Assembly: GCA_041615815.1 (NCBI GenBank)
Contig: JBFJCP010000006.1
Coordinates: 1 to 64,000, forward strand
DNA length: 64,000 nt
Direction: 5' to 3'
Source of the DNA: Gemmatimonadales bacterium
GTDB lineage: Bacteria; Gemmatimonadota; Gemmatimonadetes; Gemmatimonadales; GWC2-71-9
Made by a program: the position numbers and the translations under genes. The notes under the pieces are model-generated. The model worked only from the letters and a program-made list of their open reading frames with translations. It did no database searches and was not told the origin of the DNA. This document shows, one piece after another, positions 9,536 through 18,333 of the stretch. Numbering within the stretch: position 1 is the first letter of the stretch; each line of letters opens with the position of its first letter.

Positions 9536-10489
9536 ATGCTTGCGATCACCTTTCTCGGCACCTCGGCGGCCCGCCCCACCGTAGAGCGCGGCGTGTCATC
9601 CATGGTCGTAGTACGTGAGGGGGAGACCCTCATGTTCGAGTGCGGCGAGGGGACACAGCGACAGATGATGCGGTATGGGGTGAGCTTTGCACTGTCCGAG
9701 ATTTTCTTCACGCACTTTCATGCGGACCACTTTCTCGGTATTACCGGATTGATACGCACGCTCGGACTCCAGGGTCGCGAGGACACGCTGCATCTCTACG
9801 GACCTCGCGGAGCCAAACGCGTGCTCCAAGCGGCCATCCAACTGGGCAGTGAACGAGCGGTGTTCCCCATCGAGATCCACGAATTGCGTCCTGGCGATGC
9901 GCTCACGAGGGACGCCTACGACCTCGAGGTTATCCCGGTGGACCATGGAGGGGGTGCCGTCGGGTTCGCCCTGCGCGAGCACGAACGGTTGGGAAGGTTC
10001 GACCCGGACCGGGCGCGGGCGCTGGGCGTCCCCGAAGGGCCGCTCTGGGGACGGATTCATCGCGGAGAGACGGTGTCTGTGGAAGTCGCAGGACCCGACG
10101 GCTCGATCGAGCAGCGGCAGATCGGACCGGGGGAGATCGTCGGCGTGCCGCGGCCCGGGCGTCTCGTGGTCTACAGCGGCGACACGAGGCCGTGCGAGAC
10201 GGTGGTCGCTGCCGCTGACGGCGCGGATGTCCTCGTTCATGAGGCGACCTTCGGCCAGGAGGAGGCGGATCGGGCCCGAGAAACGGCTCACTCCACCGCG
10301 CTGGAAGCAGCCCAAGTCGCCCTCGCCGCGCGTGTCAAACGACTTGTACTCACGCACCTCAGCGCGCGCTATTCAGTGGCGAGCGAAACACTCGTGACCG
10401 AAGCACGAGAAGTGTTTCGTCAGACGGTGGTGGCGCGAGATGGCATGACGATCGAGGTACCATTCGAAGACGAAGACGACACCACGTAA
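9536..10489 (+). CDS. rnz: Ribonuclease Z
   Basis: FLGTSAARP, ECGEGTQRQ, THFHADH, exosite GVPEGP, YSGDTRP, HEATF, LTHLSARY. Confidence 0.93.
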   Translation: MLAITFLGTSAARPTVERGVSSMVVVREGETLMFECGEGTQRQMMRYGVSFALSEIFFTHFHADHFLGITGLIRTLGLQGREDTLHLYGPRGAKRVLQAAIQLGSERAVFPIEIHELRPGDALTRDAYDLEVIPVDHGGGAVGFALREHERLGRFDPDRARALGVPEGPLWGRIHRGETVSVEVAGPDGSIEQRQIGPGEIVGVPRPGRLVVYSGDTRPCETVVAAADGADVLVHEATFGQEEADRARETAHSTALEAAQVALAARVKRLVLTHLSARYSVASETLVTEAREVFRQTVVARDGMTIEVPFEDEDDTT

Positions 10490-10569
10490 CCGTTTGTGAA
10501 TGATAGACGTATGCGACCTCCTGCGCACCAGCCGTGCGCGCAGCGTTCGGGAGAAACCACCGCTCATGC

Positions 10570-10598
10570 TTTACACATGGCTTGGGTGTTTCTAGGTT
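10570..10598 (+). promoter_or_regulatory. Sigma-70-type promoter for the tRNA pair
   Basis: TTTACA-17 nt-TAGGTT, ~45 nt upstream of tRNA-Ala. Confidence 0.5.
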
Positions 10599-10643
10599 TG
10601 AAGGCTCCATGCGAATGGCGGCGCCCGCGGTTCCGCCGTCTGC

Positions 10644-10716
10644 GGGGCTGTAGCTCAGTTGGGAGAGCGCCTGGATCGCACCCAGGAGGTCAGGGGTTCG
10701 AATCCCCTCAGCTCCA
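10644..10716 (+). tRNA. tRNA-Ala(CGC), CCA not encoded
   Basis: GGGGCTG/CAGCTCC acceptor with G3:U70, anticodon arm CCTGG-AT CGC AC-CCAGG, GGTTCGAATCC T-arm. Confidence 0.95.
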
Positions 10717-10734
10717 TGATACATTGAGATTCCC

Positions 10735-10807
10735 TGCCCCTTGGTGTAACTGGCAACACGCCTGACTCTGGATCAGGAGAGTCCTGGTTCGAGCCCAGGA
10801 GGGGCAA
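10735..10807 (+). tRNA. tRNA-Gln(CTG), CCA not encoded
   Basis: TGCCCCT/AGGGGCA acceptor, CCTGA-CT CTG GA-TCAGG anticodon arm, GGTTCGAGCC T-arm. Confidence 0.95.
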
Positions 10808-10813
10808 CTCAAG

Positions 10814-10852
10814 GCGAGTCAACCGGTTAGGTTGGCTCGCTTTTGTCTTTTT
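10814..10852 (+). terminator. Intrinsic terminator after the tRNAs
   Basis: GCGAGTCAACC-GGTTA-GGTTGGCTCGC then TTTTGTCTTTTT. Confidence 0.8.
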
Positions 10853-11106
10853 GGCGGGCAGCTCAGGTGTTTGTCTTGGACCTTTTTCCAACCCCAAGTC
10901 GCTTCTCGAACAACTGCTTTGGGAAGCAGTGCTCTGGCGACCGCGACCGAGGATCGCACATAGGGGTGTAAGCTACGGCGCCAGATAATGCCACCCACGA
11001 GCGCCGGCACCAAATTCTGCACGTATCTCATGGAGTACTGGAGGTGACAGCTTTCTTGGAAACCAGGCGTCACTCCGCTACGTAGGATTCGACAAGAGCC
11101 GAGGAG

Positions 11107-11403
11107 ATGTTCCCGATGGACCTTCTGACGCTTGTCTTCGCAACAGGAACGGCGTTGTCACTGGGCGCGATGGCCCTGGTCGGCGTCCGTATGTGGACCC
11201 GCCGGGTGCGCGGTCCGAATACCCAGGAAATAGCCGATCTCGTGACGCAGCAACTGCGTCAGGAAATCCGAGATGCGCTCGCTGGCGCGTTGGAGGAACG
11301 CGAATCTGAATTTGAGGAACTACACGAGCGGATCGACTTTGCCGAGCGACTCTTGGCCCAACGCTCTGGAGGGGACAGGCAAACGACGCCTCCGAGGGCG
11401 TAG
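11107..11403 (+). CDS. Small single-TM coiled-coil protein (ELHERIDFAERLL motif)
   Basis: GAGGAG RBS, N-terminal TM, coiled coil; similar to 19728-20012. Confidence 0.7.
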   Translation: MFPMDLLTLVFATGTALSLGAMALVGVRMWTRRVRGPNTQEIADLVTQQLRQEIRDALAGALEERESEFEELHERIDFAERLLAQRSGGDRQTTPPRA

Positions 11404-11548
11404 CTCCTTGGCAACAGCTAGGCGTGCGCGTGCGTAGGAAGGTCTTGGTTCTGGATGCGCCCACGTCGTTGACGCTCCGACGGCGAGCCGGAGGGCAGAT
11501 TGGAGTTGGGCGGTTACCAAAGGTCTCGCTATCGAAGCCGGAGATTCC

Positions 11549-12061
11549 ATGGGCAGGAATGTCGAGATCAAAGCTCGGCTCGAGGACCGTCGCCGAGTGG
11601 AGGCGATTACCCGAGCCATCACGACGGACGGCCCATCGGTCTCGGAGCAGGTAGATACTTTTTACACCGTCCCGCATGGTCGGCTGAAGCTCCGGACGTT
11701 TGCCGATGAGTCGGGCGAGCTCATCCACTACGAACGCCCCGATCGGCTGGGCCCCGAGGAGTCGCACTATGTGCGCGTCCCGATCTCGGATCCGGTGGCC
11801 TTCCATGGATTGCTTTCGGACGCGCTCGGTGTGAGGGGGATCGTCCGAAAGCGCAGAACGATCTACCTCGTGGGTCAAACCCGCGTCCACCTCGACGAGG
11901 TGGAGGGGCTCGGCACGTTTCTGGAGCTGGAGGTCGTGCTCGCAGAGAATCAAGGCACGCATGACGGGCACGTTATCGCTTCCGAATTGATGGATACCCT
12001 CGGGATCCCCGAGCGGACGCTGGTTTCGGAAGCCTACATCGATCTCATTGCGGGCACCTGA
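11549..12061 (+). CDS. CYTH-domain protein (class IV adenylate cyclase/CyaB-like)
   Basis: NVEIKAR, QVDTFY, GRLKLR, VRKRR, HLDEVEGLGTFLELEV. Confidence 0.88.
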   Translation: MGRNVEIKARLEDRRRVEAITRAITTDGPSVSEQVDTFYTVPHGRLKLRTFADESGELIHYERPDRLGPEESHYVRVPISDPVAFHGLLSDALGVRGIVRKRRTIYLVGQTRVHLDEVEGLGTFLELEVVLAENQGTHDGHVIASELMDTLGIPERTLVSEAYIDLIAGT

Positions 12062-12097
12062 CGAGATCTCCTTCTCGAACGCTGCTGTTCCCTCACC

Positions 12098-14896
12098 TTA
12101 CGGCGACGATCCGACGTCACTTCCTGCCATCAGCCGCTGAAACCTGGGATCGTCGGCAAGAAGCGCCAGATCGTGATACGCGGCGGCGTGCCACCAAGGA
12201 AATCCTTCGATGCCCTGTTGCAGTGCTTCTGAGAAGAGGTCCACGGCGCGGTCGATATCGCCGGTGACGGCGGCTAAGCGGGCACGAAACGCGGTGTGAG
12301 CACCCAGATTGTATCTGGGAGGGTTGCCCAGTATCCGTTCGCCTTCGCTCCGGCCGCGCACCCGCGCGGCGACGACGGCCGCCAGCCCTCTGAAATCAGT
12401 GCGGTCGGGATAGTCCGAAACCAGAGACTCGAAGTACGGCCAGGCGTCGTCCCACTGCTGTTGATCGAAGAGCACGCTGCCCAACCAGTAGCGGTGAGAC
12501 CGATGGTCCGGATCACTCGCCAGTTGGTTGGCGAACCAGGCGACGGCTCGCTCGAAGTACGGGCGGGCGCTCACCGGATCGCCATGCGCGAGTAATTCCT
12601 CTCCGGCAACCACCATCGCTGCTCCCTGCGACCAATAGGTGTTGGGAGGAAGAGCGCTGATTTGGACCAGCAGGCTATCGAGATCTGCTGTTTGGCCCGC
12701 TGCGCCGAGTGCACGTGCCTCCAAAACCGTCCCCACCCGTCGCCCGGGATAGCGAGCGCGGAGCTCCCGCGAAGCTTTTAGCTCTCTGCTGTGTAATCCC
12801 AGCAGGTGGAGTGCGTGTGTCAGCTGGGTCCAGTACGAGGACCATCCACGTAATTCTCCTCGGTCTGGGTCGAGCCCCTCCAACGCGCGCAAGGCTTCCC
12901 GCGGGCGGTTTGCGCGTAGGGCAATCAACGCGAGGTTGTAGGTGCCGCGTGAGGCCGGTGCGATTGCCCTGGCCTCGCGAAGCAGCTGCAGCGCGCGCTG
13001 ATTGTCGTTATCCAGCGACGCCCGGAGATAGAGCACCAGAAGTTCGTGATACTCACTGAGCGATCCCCGACGTTGCTCTACCAAATGAATGATGGAATCG
13101 GCGCGCACAACGTCGCCGCTGTTCAAATTCGCGATGGCCGCATAGATGAGCGGGACCACGAACGCGGTGTCGAGAGCGAACGCGGCGTCGAATTGCGCGG
13201 CGGATTCTCGGTAACGCTGGTCCAAGAACAGATCGAGCGCCCGGTCGAAGACGCGGTAGGCATCGAATCGCGGAGGGCGCTCCGCGAGACCCGGCATGCT
13301 CGCCGCGCGCTCATCCGTCCAAATGGCGACGGTCCCCATAACCCGTTCTCGCAGCTCTCGCAGAGCCTCTTCGAGGCTGTCTCGTGGTTGGACGACCGGT
13401 GCCGGCGCTCCCAAGAGGGATCCGGTAGAGGCGTCCGTTACTTCCACTTGGAAGCGCACGTCGTCTCCCACGAGATAGTAGGCTCCGGTGATCACGAGAC
13501 TCGCATCCGTCTCTGAGCGCATGAGGGCCACCGGGTCTACGGATCGGCCGGCGGCGCGCTCGCGACGGATGTGCTCGGATGCCCGGAGCGCCGTTGGCCA
13601 GGGAATGACGGTCACCAGGCCGGTCTCCTGAAGTCCTTGAGTTATCCAATCTCCCGCCAGACGACCCCACGTCGTGAGCGACGAGTCACCCGTCTCGTTG
13701 GTGAGCGCGGCAACCGCGATGGGCGAAGCGGCGTCGAGCGTCGTCCCCGCCGTTCCCATCCGTCCCAGCCCGATGAGGACGGCCGTGAGGATGGCCACCG
13801 CCGCGATCACGCTAGGCCACCCCCACCGTTTCCGGCTGAACGTGGCAGAACTCGCTTGACCTGGCACCGGCGTGATGGCGCCTTCAAGGACGCGCACGAT
13901 GGTTTCGGCGTCTTCGATTCGTTTGTCCGGCGACGGCTCGAGACACCCGGACACGAGGTCGATCACCGCTTGGGGGACATCGGGCCTGGTTGCCTCGATG
14001 GTCTGGCGGGCGTTGCCGGCATCCTGGAGCGAGAACGGCGGCTTTCCGGTGAACATTTCGTGTGCCAAGATACCCCAGGCGTACAAGTCTGCTCGGTGAT
14101 CCACCCGAGAGCTGCCTTCGGCCTGTTCCGGGGCCATGTACGTCGGCGTCCCGATCGCCACACCATCGGCGGTGTGGTCCGGGTCTCGGACGTCGGATAG
14201 GATTTTGGCGATCCCAAAATCCATCAAGAATGCGTGGCCGCGAACACAGAGGATGTTGTCGGGCTTGAGGTCGCGATGGACGACGCCAGCGCGATGGGCA
14301 TACGCAAGGGCGTCCGCAACGTCTCGCAACAACGTGAGCGCTTCACCGAGCTCGACAGGCTCCGTGCGTCGGAGCGAGTCCCGGAGCGTCTCCCCCTCTA
14401 CATTCGGCATCACGTAGAACAGGAGACCATTGGCGTCCCCGGAATCGATGAGGCCGAGGATGTGTGGATGCGACAGTTGGGCGGCAATGTGGACTTCGCG
14501 CAGGAAACGCCCGGCCCCGAACAGCGCTGCCGCTTCGGGTTTCATGACCTTGAGTACGACCTTGCGTGCATGCTTTTTCTCGTGAGCCAGGAAGACGGTC
14601 GCCATGCCGCCATGACCGAGCTCTTCCTCGATCTCATACCGCTCCGCCAGCGCTTTGCTCAGGCGCTCGCGAATATCGGCTCGTGTGGGTGACCCGAGGA
14701 CCACGTCCAAGATCCCATCCCGACGATCATGACCGGCGAGCATCTGAAGCACCTCCCGAGCGACGGTATCATCATCCCCACATTGCTCGCGGAGCCACTC
14801 CTCCCGCGCGTGAGGGGGTATCTCCAGCGCCGTGTCGAACAGGTCTTGCACCCGCTTCCAACGATCCGGTGGCATTCCGGAACCGACTTCGCTCAT
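12098..14896 (-). CDS. Membrane Ser/Thr protein kinase with TolB-like and TPR C-terminal region
   Basis: GHGGMATV, VVLK, HRDLKPDN, DFG, GTPTYMAPE; TM WPSVIAAVAILTAVLIGL; ATG at 14896 overlaps the ECF stop. Confidence 0.88.
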   Translation of the reverse strand: MSEVGSGMPPDRWKRVQDLFDTALEIPPHAREEWLREQCGDDDTVAREVLQMLAGHDRRDGILDVVLGSPTRADIRERLSKALAERYEIEEELGHGGMATVFLAHEKKHARKVVLKVMKPEAAALFGAGRFLREVHIAAQLSHPHILGLIDSGDANGLLFYVMPNVEGETLRDSLRRTEPVELGEALTLLRDVADALAYAHRAGVVHRDLKPDNILCVRGHAFLMDFGIAKILSDVRDPDHTADGVAIGTPTYMAPEQAEGSSRVDHRADLYAWGILAHEMFTGKPPFSLQDAGNARQTIEATRPDVPQAVIDLVSGCLEPSPDKRIEDAETIVRVLEGAITPVPGQASSATFSRKRWGWPSVIAAVAILTAVLIGLGRMGTAGTTLDAASPIAVAALTNETGDSSLTTWGRLAGDWITQGLQETGLVTVIPWPTALRASEHIRRERAAGRSVDPVALMRSETDASLVITGAYYLVGDDVRFQVEVTDASTGSLLGAPAPVVQPRDSLEEALRELRERVMGTVAIWTDERAASMPGLAERPPRFDAYRVFDRALDLFLDQRYRESAAQFDAAFALDTAFVVPLIYAAIANLNSGDVVRADSIIHLVEQRRGSLSEYHELLVLYLRASLDNDNQRALQLLREARAIAPASRGTYNLALIALRANRPREALRALEGLDPDRGELRGWSSYWTQLTHALHLLGLHSRELKASRELRARYPGRRVGTVLEARALGAAGQTADLDSLLVQISALPPNTYWSQGAAMVVAGEELLAHGDPVSARPYFERAVAWFANQLASDPDHRSHRYWLGSVLFDQQQWDDAWPYFESLVSDYPDRTDFRGLAAVVAARVRGRSEGERILGNPPRYNLGAHTAFRARLAAVTGDIDRAVDLFSEALQQGIEGFPWWHAAAYHDLALLADDPRFQRLMAGSDVGSSP

Positions 14897-15477
14897 TGAT
14901 CTCCTTGGTAGAGTTCCTTGTACAACCACGCGCGTGCTCGAGCCCAGTCCCGCTGTGCCGTTCGGGTGGTGATACCTAAGATGTCTGCGATTTCTTCCTC
15001 GGTCAGCCCTCCAAAAAACCGAAACTCGACTACCTGACGCAGCCGGGCGTCGATATCGCCCAGACGATTCAAAGCGTCGTCGAGGGCCATGAGATCCTCG
15101 AGGGGGGCATCGACCCCCGCCACCTCGTCTCCCAAACGTGCGTGGATAACTCCGCCTCCGCGTTTGACCGCACCGCGGCGCCTCGCGTAGTCCACCAGAA
15201 TTTGCCGCATCGCTCGGGCCGCAACAGCCAGAAAATGGGCACGGCTCTGCCAATCGAGACTGGCTCGGTTGACCAGTCTGAGATACGCTTCGTGCACGAG
15301 AGCCGTGGGTTGCAGCGTGTGTCCCGGCTGCTCCCGTCTCAACAAGTGGTCTGCCGTTCGACGGAGCTCGGCGTAGACAAGTGGGAAGAGGCGATCAAAC
15401 GCGTTCTGATCGCCCGCCTGCAGCTCTCGCAGGAATTGGGTAACTGGGCCTGGTGGAGACTGGGGGGGCAGGTCCAT
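14893..15477 (-). CDS. ECF sigma-70 factor (TIGR02999-like, kinase-associated)
   Basis: LFPLVYAELRR, HTLQPTALVHEAYLRL, AMRQILVDYAR, VEFRFFGGLT, RDWARARAWL. Confidence 0.9.
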   Translation of the reverse strand: MDLPPQSPPGPVTQFLRELQAGDQNAFDRLFPLVYAELRRTADHLLRREQPGHTLQPTALVHEAYLRLVNRASLDWQSRAHFLAVAARAMRQILVDYARRRGAVKRGGGVIHARLGDEVAGVDAPLEDLMALDDALNRLGDIDARLRQVVEFRFFGGLTEEEIADILGITTRTAQRDWARARAWLYKELYQGDQ

Positions 15478-15598
15478 ATCGACGGGATGTCGGGTGGCGG
15501 TGGTTTCCTGCGCAATATATCGGTGTAGAAGAAGAGGAGCCACGGGCCACGACGGGTCCTGGCTATTCCAACCGCTGACCAATACAGAGGAGGTACGC

Positions 15599-17236
15599 AT
15601 GGTTCGCACCGTTGGCGCCATGCTGGCCACGTTAGCCCTGGGGGCATCAGTGGCTGCCGGCCAGGCCCACGATCATCACGCCGCACGGGCGGACACGTTG
15701 CGGGTGCCGTTGTACGAGACCCTTGGCGATCACCACTACGATATCTCGACACGTAACCCATTGGCGCAGCAATACTTCAATCAAGGTCTGCGATGGCTCT
15801 ATGCCTTCAACCACGCTGCCGCGATCCAGGCCTTCAGCGAGGCAGAACGCCTGGATCCCACCTGTGCGATGTGTCCGTGGGGAGTCGCGCTGGCCTACGG
15901 CCCGAACATCAATGCCGGTATGGATTCGGTGAGCGGTGTGCTCGCGTACGCCGCGGTGGAGCGTGCCCGCCGGAATGCTCCAACCGCGAGTACCCGCGAG
16001 CAGGCACTCGTCGGAGCCCTCTCCAAGCGATACGCGGCAGTGCCGCCAGCGAACCGGGCACATCTCGACTCGGCGTACGCCAATGCCATGCGCGATGTTG
16101 CCAACCGGTATCGCGAGGATCTGGACGCCCAGGTGTTGCATGCGGATGCCCTCATGAACCTGAGTCCATGGAACTACTGGACTTCCGAGGGAGAGCCGCG
16201 GCCCGGCACGACGGAGGTACTCGAGCGACTCGGCTACGCGCTCGAGAAGAATCCCAATCATCCCGGTGCGTGCCATCTCTTCATTCACGCCGAAGAGGCG
16301 CACGCTCCTGCGCGTGCCGTTCCGTGCGCGGAACGACTTGCGGCCTTGATGCCTGGGGCGGGGCACATCGTGCACATGCCGGGGCACATCTACATTCGCG
16401 TGGGTCGTTACGCCGATGCCATCGATGTCAACAGACACGCAGTCCATGCCGACGAGTCATATCTCGAAGGTCCGCATGTGAATCGGCACGGTATCTATCC
16501 GCAGGGATACTACCCGCACAACTACCATTTCATGAGCTTTGCCGCCTCGATGGCGGGCCAGCGCGCCACGGCTGTCTTCGCCGCCCGTAAGGTCGCCGAG
16601 CAGGTGGGTCCGGAAGTCGCAAGGGAGATAGCCTGGCTCGAAGCCGTCACGCCAGTCGTCTACTGGACGCTCGTGACGTTCGGGCAGTGGGACGAAGTGT
16701 TGGCCGAGCCCCTACCGCCAAACGATCTCCGTTTTACCACTGGCATGGCGTACTACGCTCGGGGAGTCGCGTTCGCCGCCAAGCATCGCTGGGCAGAGGC
16801 CCAAGCAGCGTTGGACACGGTCACGTCTGTTGCCCGCGACTTTTTGGAGGGTGACAACCGCAATGCCCTTCTCATTGCGCAGCATTCACTGGCAGGAGAA
16901 ATCGCACTGCGCCGTGGAGATGCCGCGGCCAGTATCCGTCATTTTCGGGTAGCCGCCGAGTTGGAGGACGGGCTCACGTACAACGAGCCGCCCACATGGT
17001 ATTACCCCGTGCGCCATTCCCTGGGGAGGGCGCTGTTGGCCGCCAACCGTGCAGCGGACGCCGAGCGGGTGTATCGGGAGGATCTGGAGCGGTTCCCGCA
17101 AAATGGATGGTCGCTATGGGGACTCTCGCAGAGTCTCGAAGCGCAGGGCAAGCTCGACGCGGCCCGTGAGGTTCGCGCGGCCTTCACCGAAGCGTGGAAA
17201 CATGCTGACGTTCGCCTCGAGGCCTCGCGCTTTTGA
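15599..17236 (+). CDS. Secreted TPR-repeat protein with His-rich motifs
   Basis: GAGGAGG RBS, signal peptide, AQQYFNQGL, HPGACHLFIH, HIVHMPGHIY, PQNGWSLWGL. Confidence 0.78.
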   Translation: MVRTVGAMLATLALGASVAAGQAHDHHAARADTLRVPLYETLGDHHYDISTRNPLAQQYFNQGLRWLYAFNHAAAIQAFSEAERLDPTCAMCPWGVALAYGPNINAGMDSVSGVLAYAAVERARRNAPTASTREQALVGALSKRYAAVPPANRAHLDSAYANAMRDVANRYREDLDAQVLHADALMNLSPWNYWTSEGEPRPGTTEVLERLGYALEKNPNHPGACHLFIHAEEAHAPARAVPCAERLAALMPGAGHIVHMPGHIYIRVGRYADAIDVNRHAVHADESYLEGPHVNRHGIYPQGYYPHNYHFMSFAASMAGQRATAVFAARKVAEQVGPEVAREIAWLEAVTPVVYWTLVTFGQWDEVLAEPLPPNDLRFTTGMAYYARGVAFAAKHRWAEAQAALDTVTSVARDFLEGDNRNALLIAQHSLAGEIALRRGDAAASIRHFRVAAELEDGLTYNEPPTWYYPVRHSLGRALLAANRAADAERVYREDLERFPQNGWSLWGLSQSLEAQGKLDAAREVRAAFTEAWKHADVRLEASRF

Positions 17237-17254
17237 TCGTCGCCAGCCGGAAGG

Positions 17255-17290
17255 TGCAAAGCCCGGTGGGATTGCCTACCGGGCTTTGCA
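17255..17290. terminator. Hairpin between convergent genes (likely bidirectional terminator)
   Basis: TGCAAAGCCCGGTGGG-ATTG-CCTACCGGGCTTTGCA. Confidence 0.65.
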
Positions 17291-17305
17291 GTCGTACCCG
17301 TACGA

Positions 17306-18088
17306 TCAAGCCGCTTTACGGGCTCGTCGCAGACTCGAAAAGACCAGACGGTATTGATCGTTGGCGCGGTCGTATTCCGCTCGGAAACTGGTAGGGTAGC
17401 GAACGTTCGGTTCTCCGTTGACCATGCGAGGGATGCTCATGCGGAAGTCCTTCCGCTCGAGCAGTAGCGCTTTCGTAATCATGGGTTCTACGAAGATCGG
17501 GGTGGCGCGGTAGTAACCCAGCAGCGTCGCTTTCTCGAAGGTCTCTGGGGACGTCGCCAGGCGGCGATCCATGGCGTGCATACCCATGGCCGGAACGCAC
17601 AGGCCCACGAGTACCCCCATTTCCGGGATGGTGATGTCGGGCAACACGTAATTTGCAGGAAGCACCCGGGGCTTCGTGCTTTCCGTACAGTCGATCGCAG
17701 CGACGCGTTCAGGTGTAGTCGTGTAGAAGTGAAAGTCAAAGTGTGGCACCAGGAAGGTCGCGGGTGGATGTCCCTGGTGCTCCCAACCCATCGCCAAATG
17801 GTCGAACCCGGTAGACGCCCGCACTTCGTCCGGGAGGCCGATCACCGTGCCAATTGATGGTGGTCCCTCCACATGTGCAGGGGCTGTCTCGATGACTTGC
17901 AAGGGCACGGTTGCCCCGAACTCGATTACACGGTTCCCGGAAGCAACTCCCCACACACAGACCTCTCCCTCGAACACACGCCGACACTCGCCGGCGATGT
18001 GCCTGCTCTTCTCGACCACGCTGCTTGCATGGCCGGAGAAAAGCAGAGGCAGTGCCGCCATGGTGCAGAGCCAAGGGTACCGAGTCAT
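17306..18088 (-). CDS. Secreted protein, DUF5602-like
   Basis: Signal peptide; WEHQGHPP, VPHFDFHFY, VPAMGMH, FVEPMIT motifs. Confidence 0.65.
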   Translation of the reverse strand: MTRYPWLCTMAALPLLFSGHASSVVEKSRHIAGECRRVFEGEVCVWGVASGNRVIEFGATVPLQVIETAPAHVEGPPSIGTVIGLPDEVRASTGFDHLAMGWEHQGHPPATFLVPHFDFHFYTTTPERVAAIDCTESTKPRVLPANYVLPDITIPEMGVLVGLCVPAMGMHAMDRRLATSPETFEKATLLGYYRATPIFVEPMITKALLLERKDFRMSIPRMVNGEPNVRYPTSFRAEYDRANDQYRLVFSSLRRARKAA

Positions 18089-18333
18089 ATATCGTGTCTC
18101 CTCTCTGGTGTTCTGACCCACATGCGTCACCTCGTTCGGCCGGCCCATTCCGGCAGCGGTGGTGCGCGTTCGCTCACAAACGGAAAAACGCGCCACGAAT
18201 GGCGCGCATCGTTCGGGTTTCCGCCAGATTCCCGGCGGCGGCAGCTGAAAGCCGGGTCACCCCGGGTGCCTGACTCGAAATCTCGATACCCGAAGCCTCC
18301 GCGTCCAGTGCCGGGCTCCCCCGGGGCGGTTGC

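Noticed and set aside
10644..12100. tRNA-anchored genomic island or prophage
   Set aside because: No integrase, no duplicated tRNA 3' end seen, and no phage genes in the window.
14897..15253. N-terminal extension of the 1051-aa kinase ORF
   Set aside because: Overlaps the ECF gene in another frame with Arg/Gly-rich junk; the ATGA-coupled start at 14896 is more plausible.
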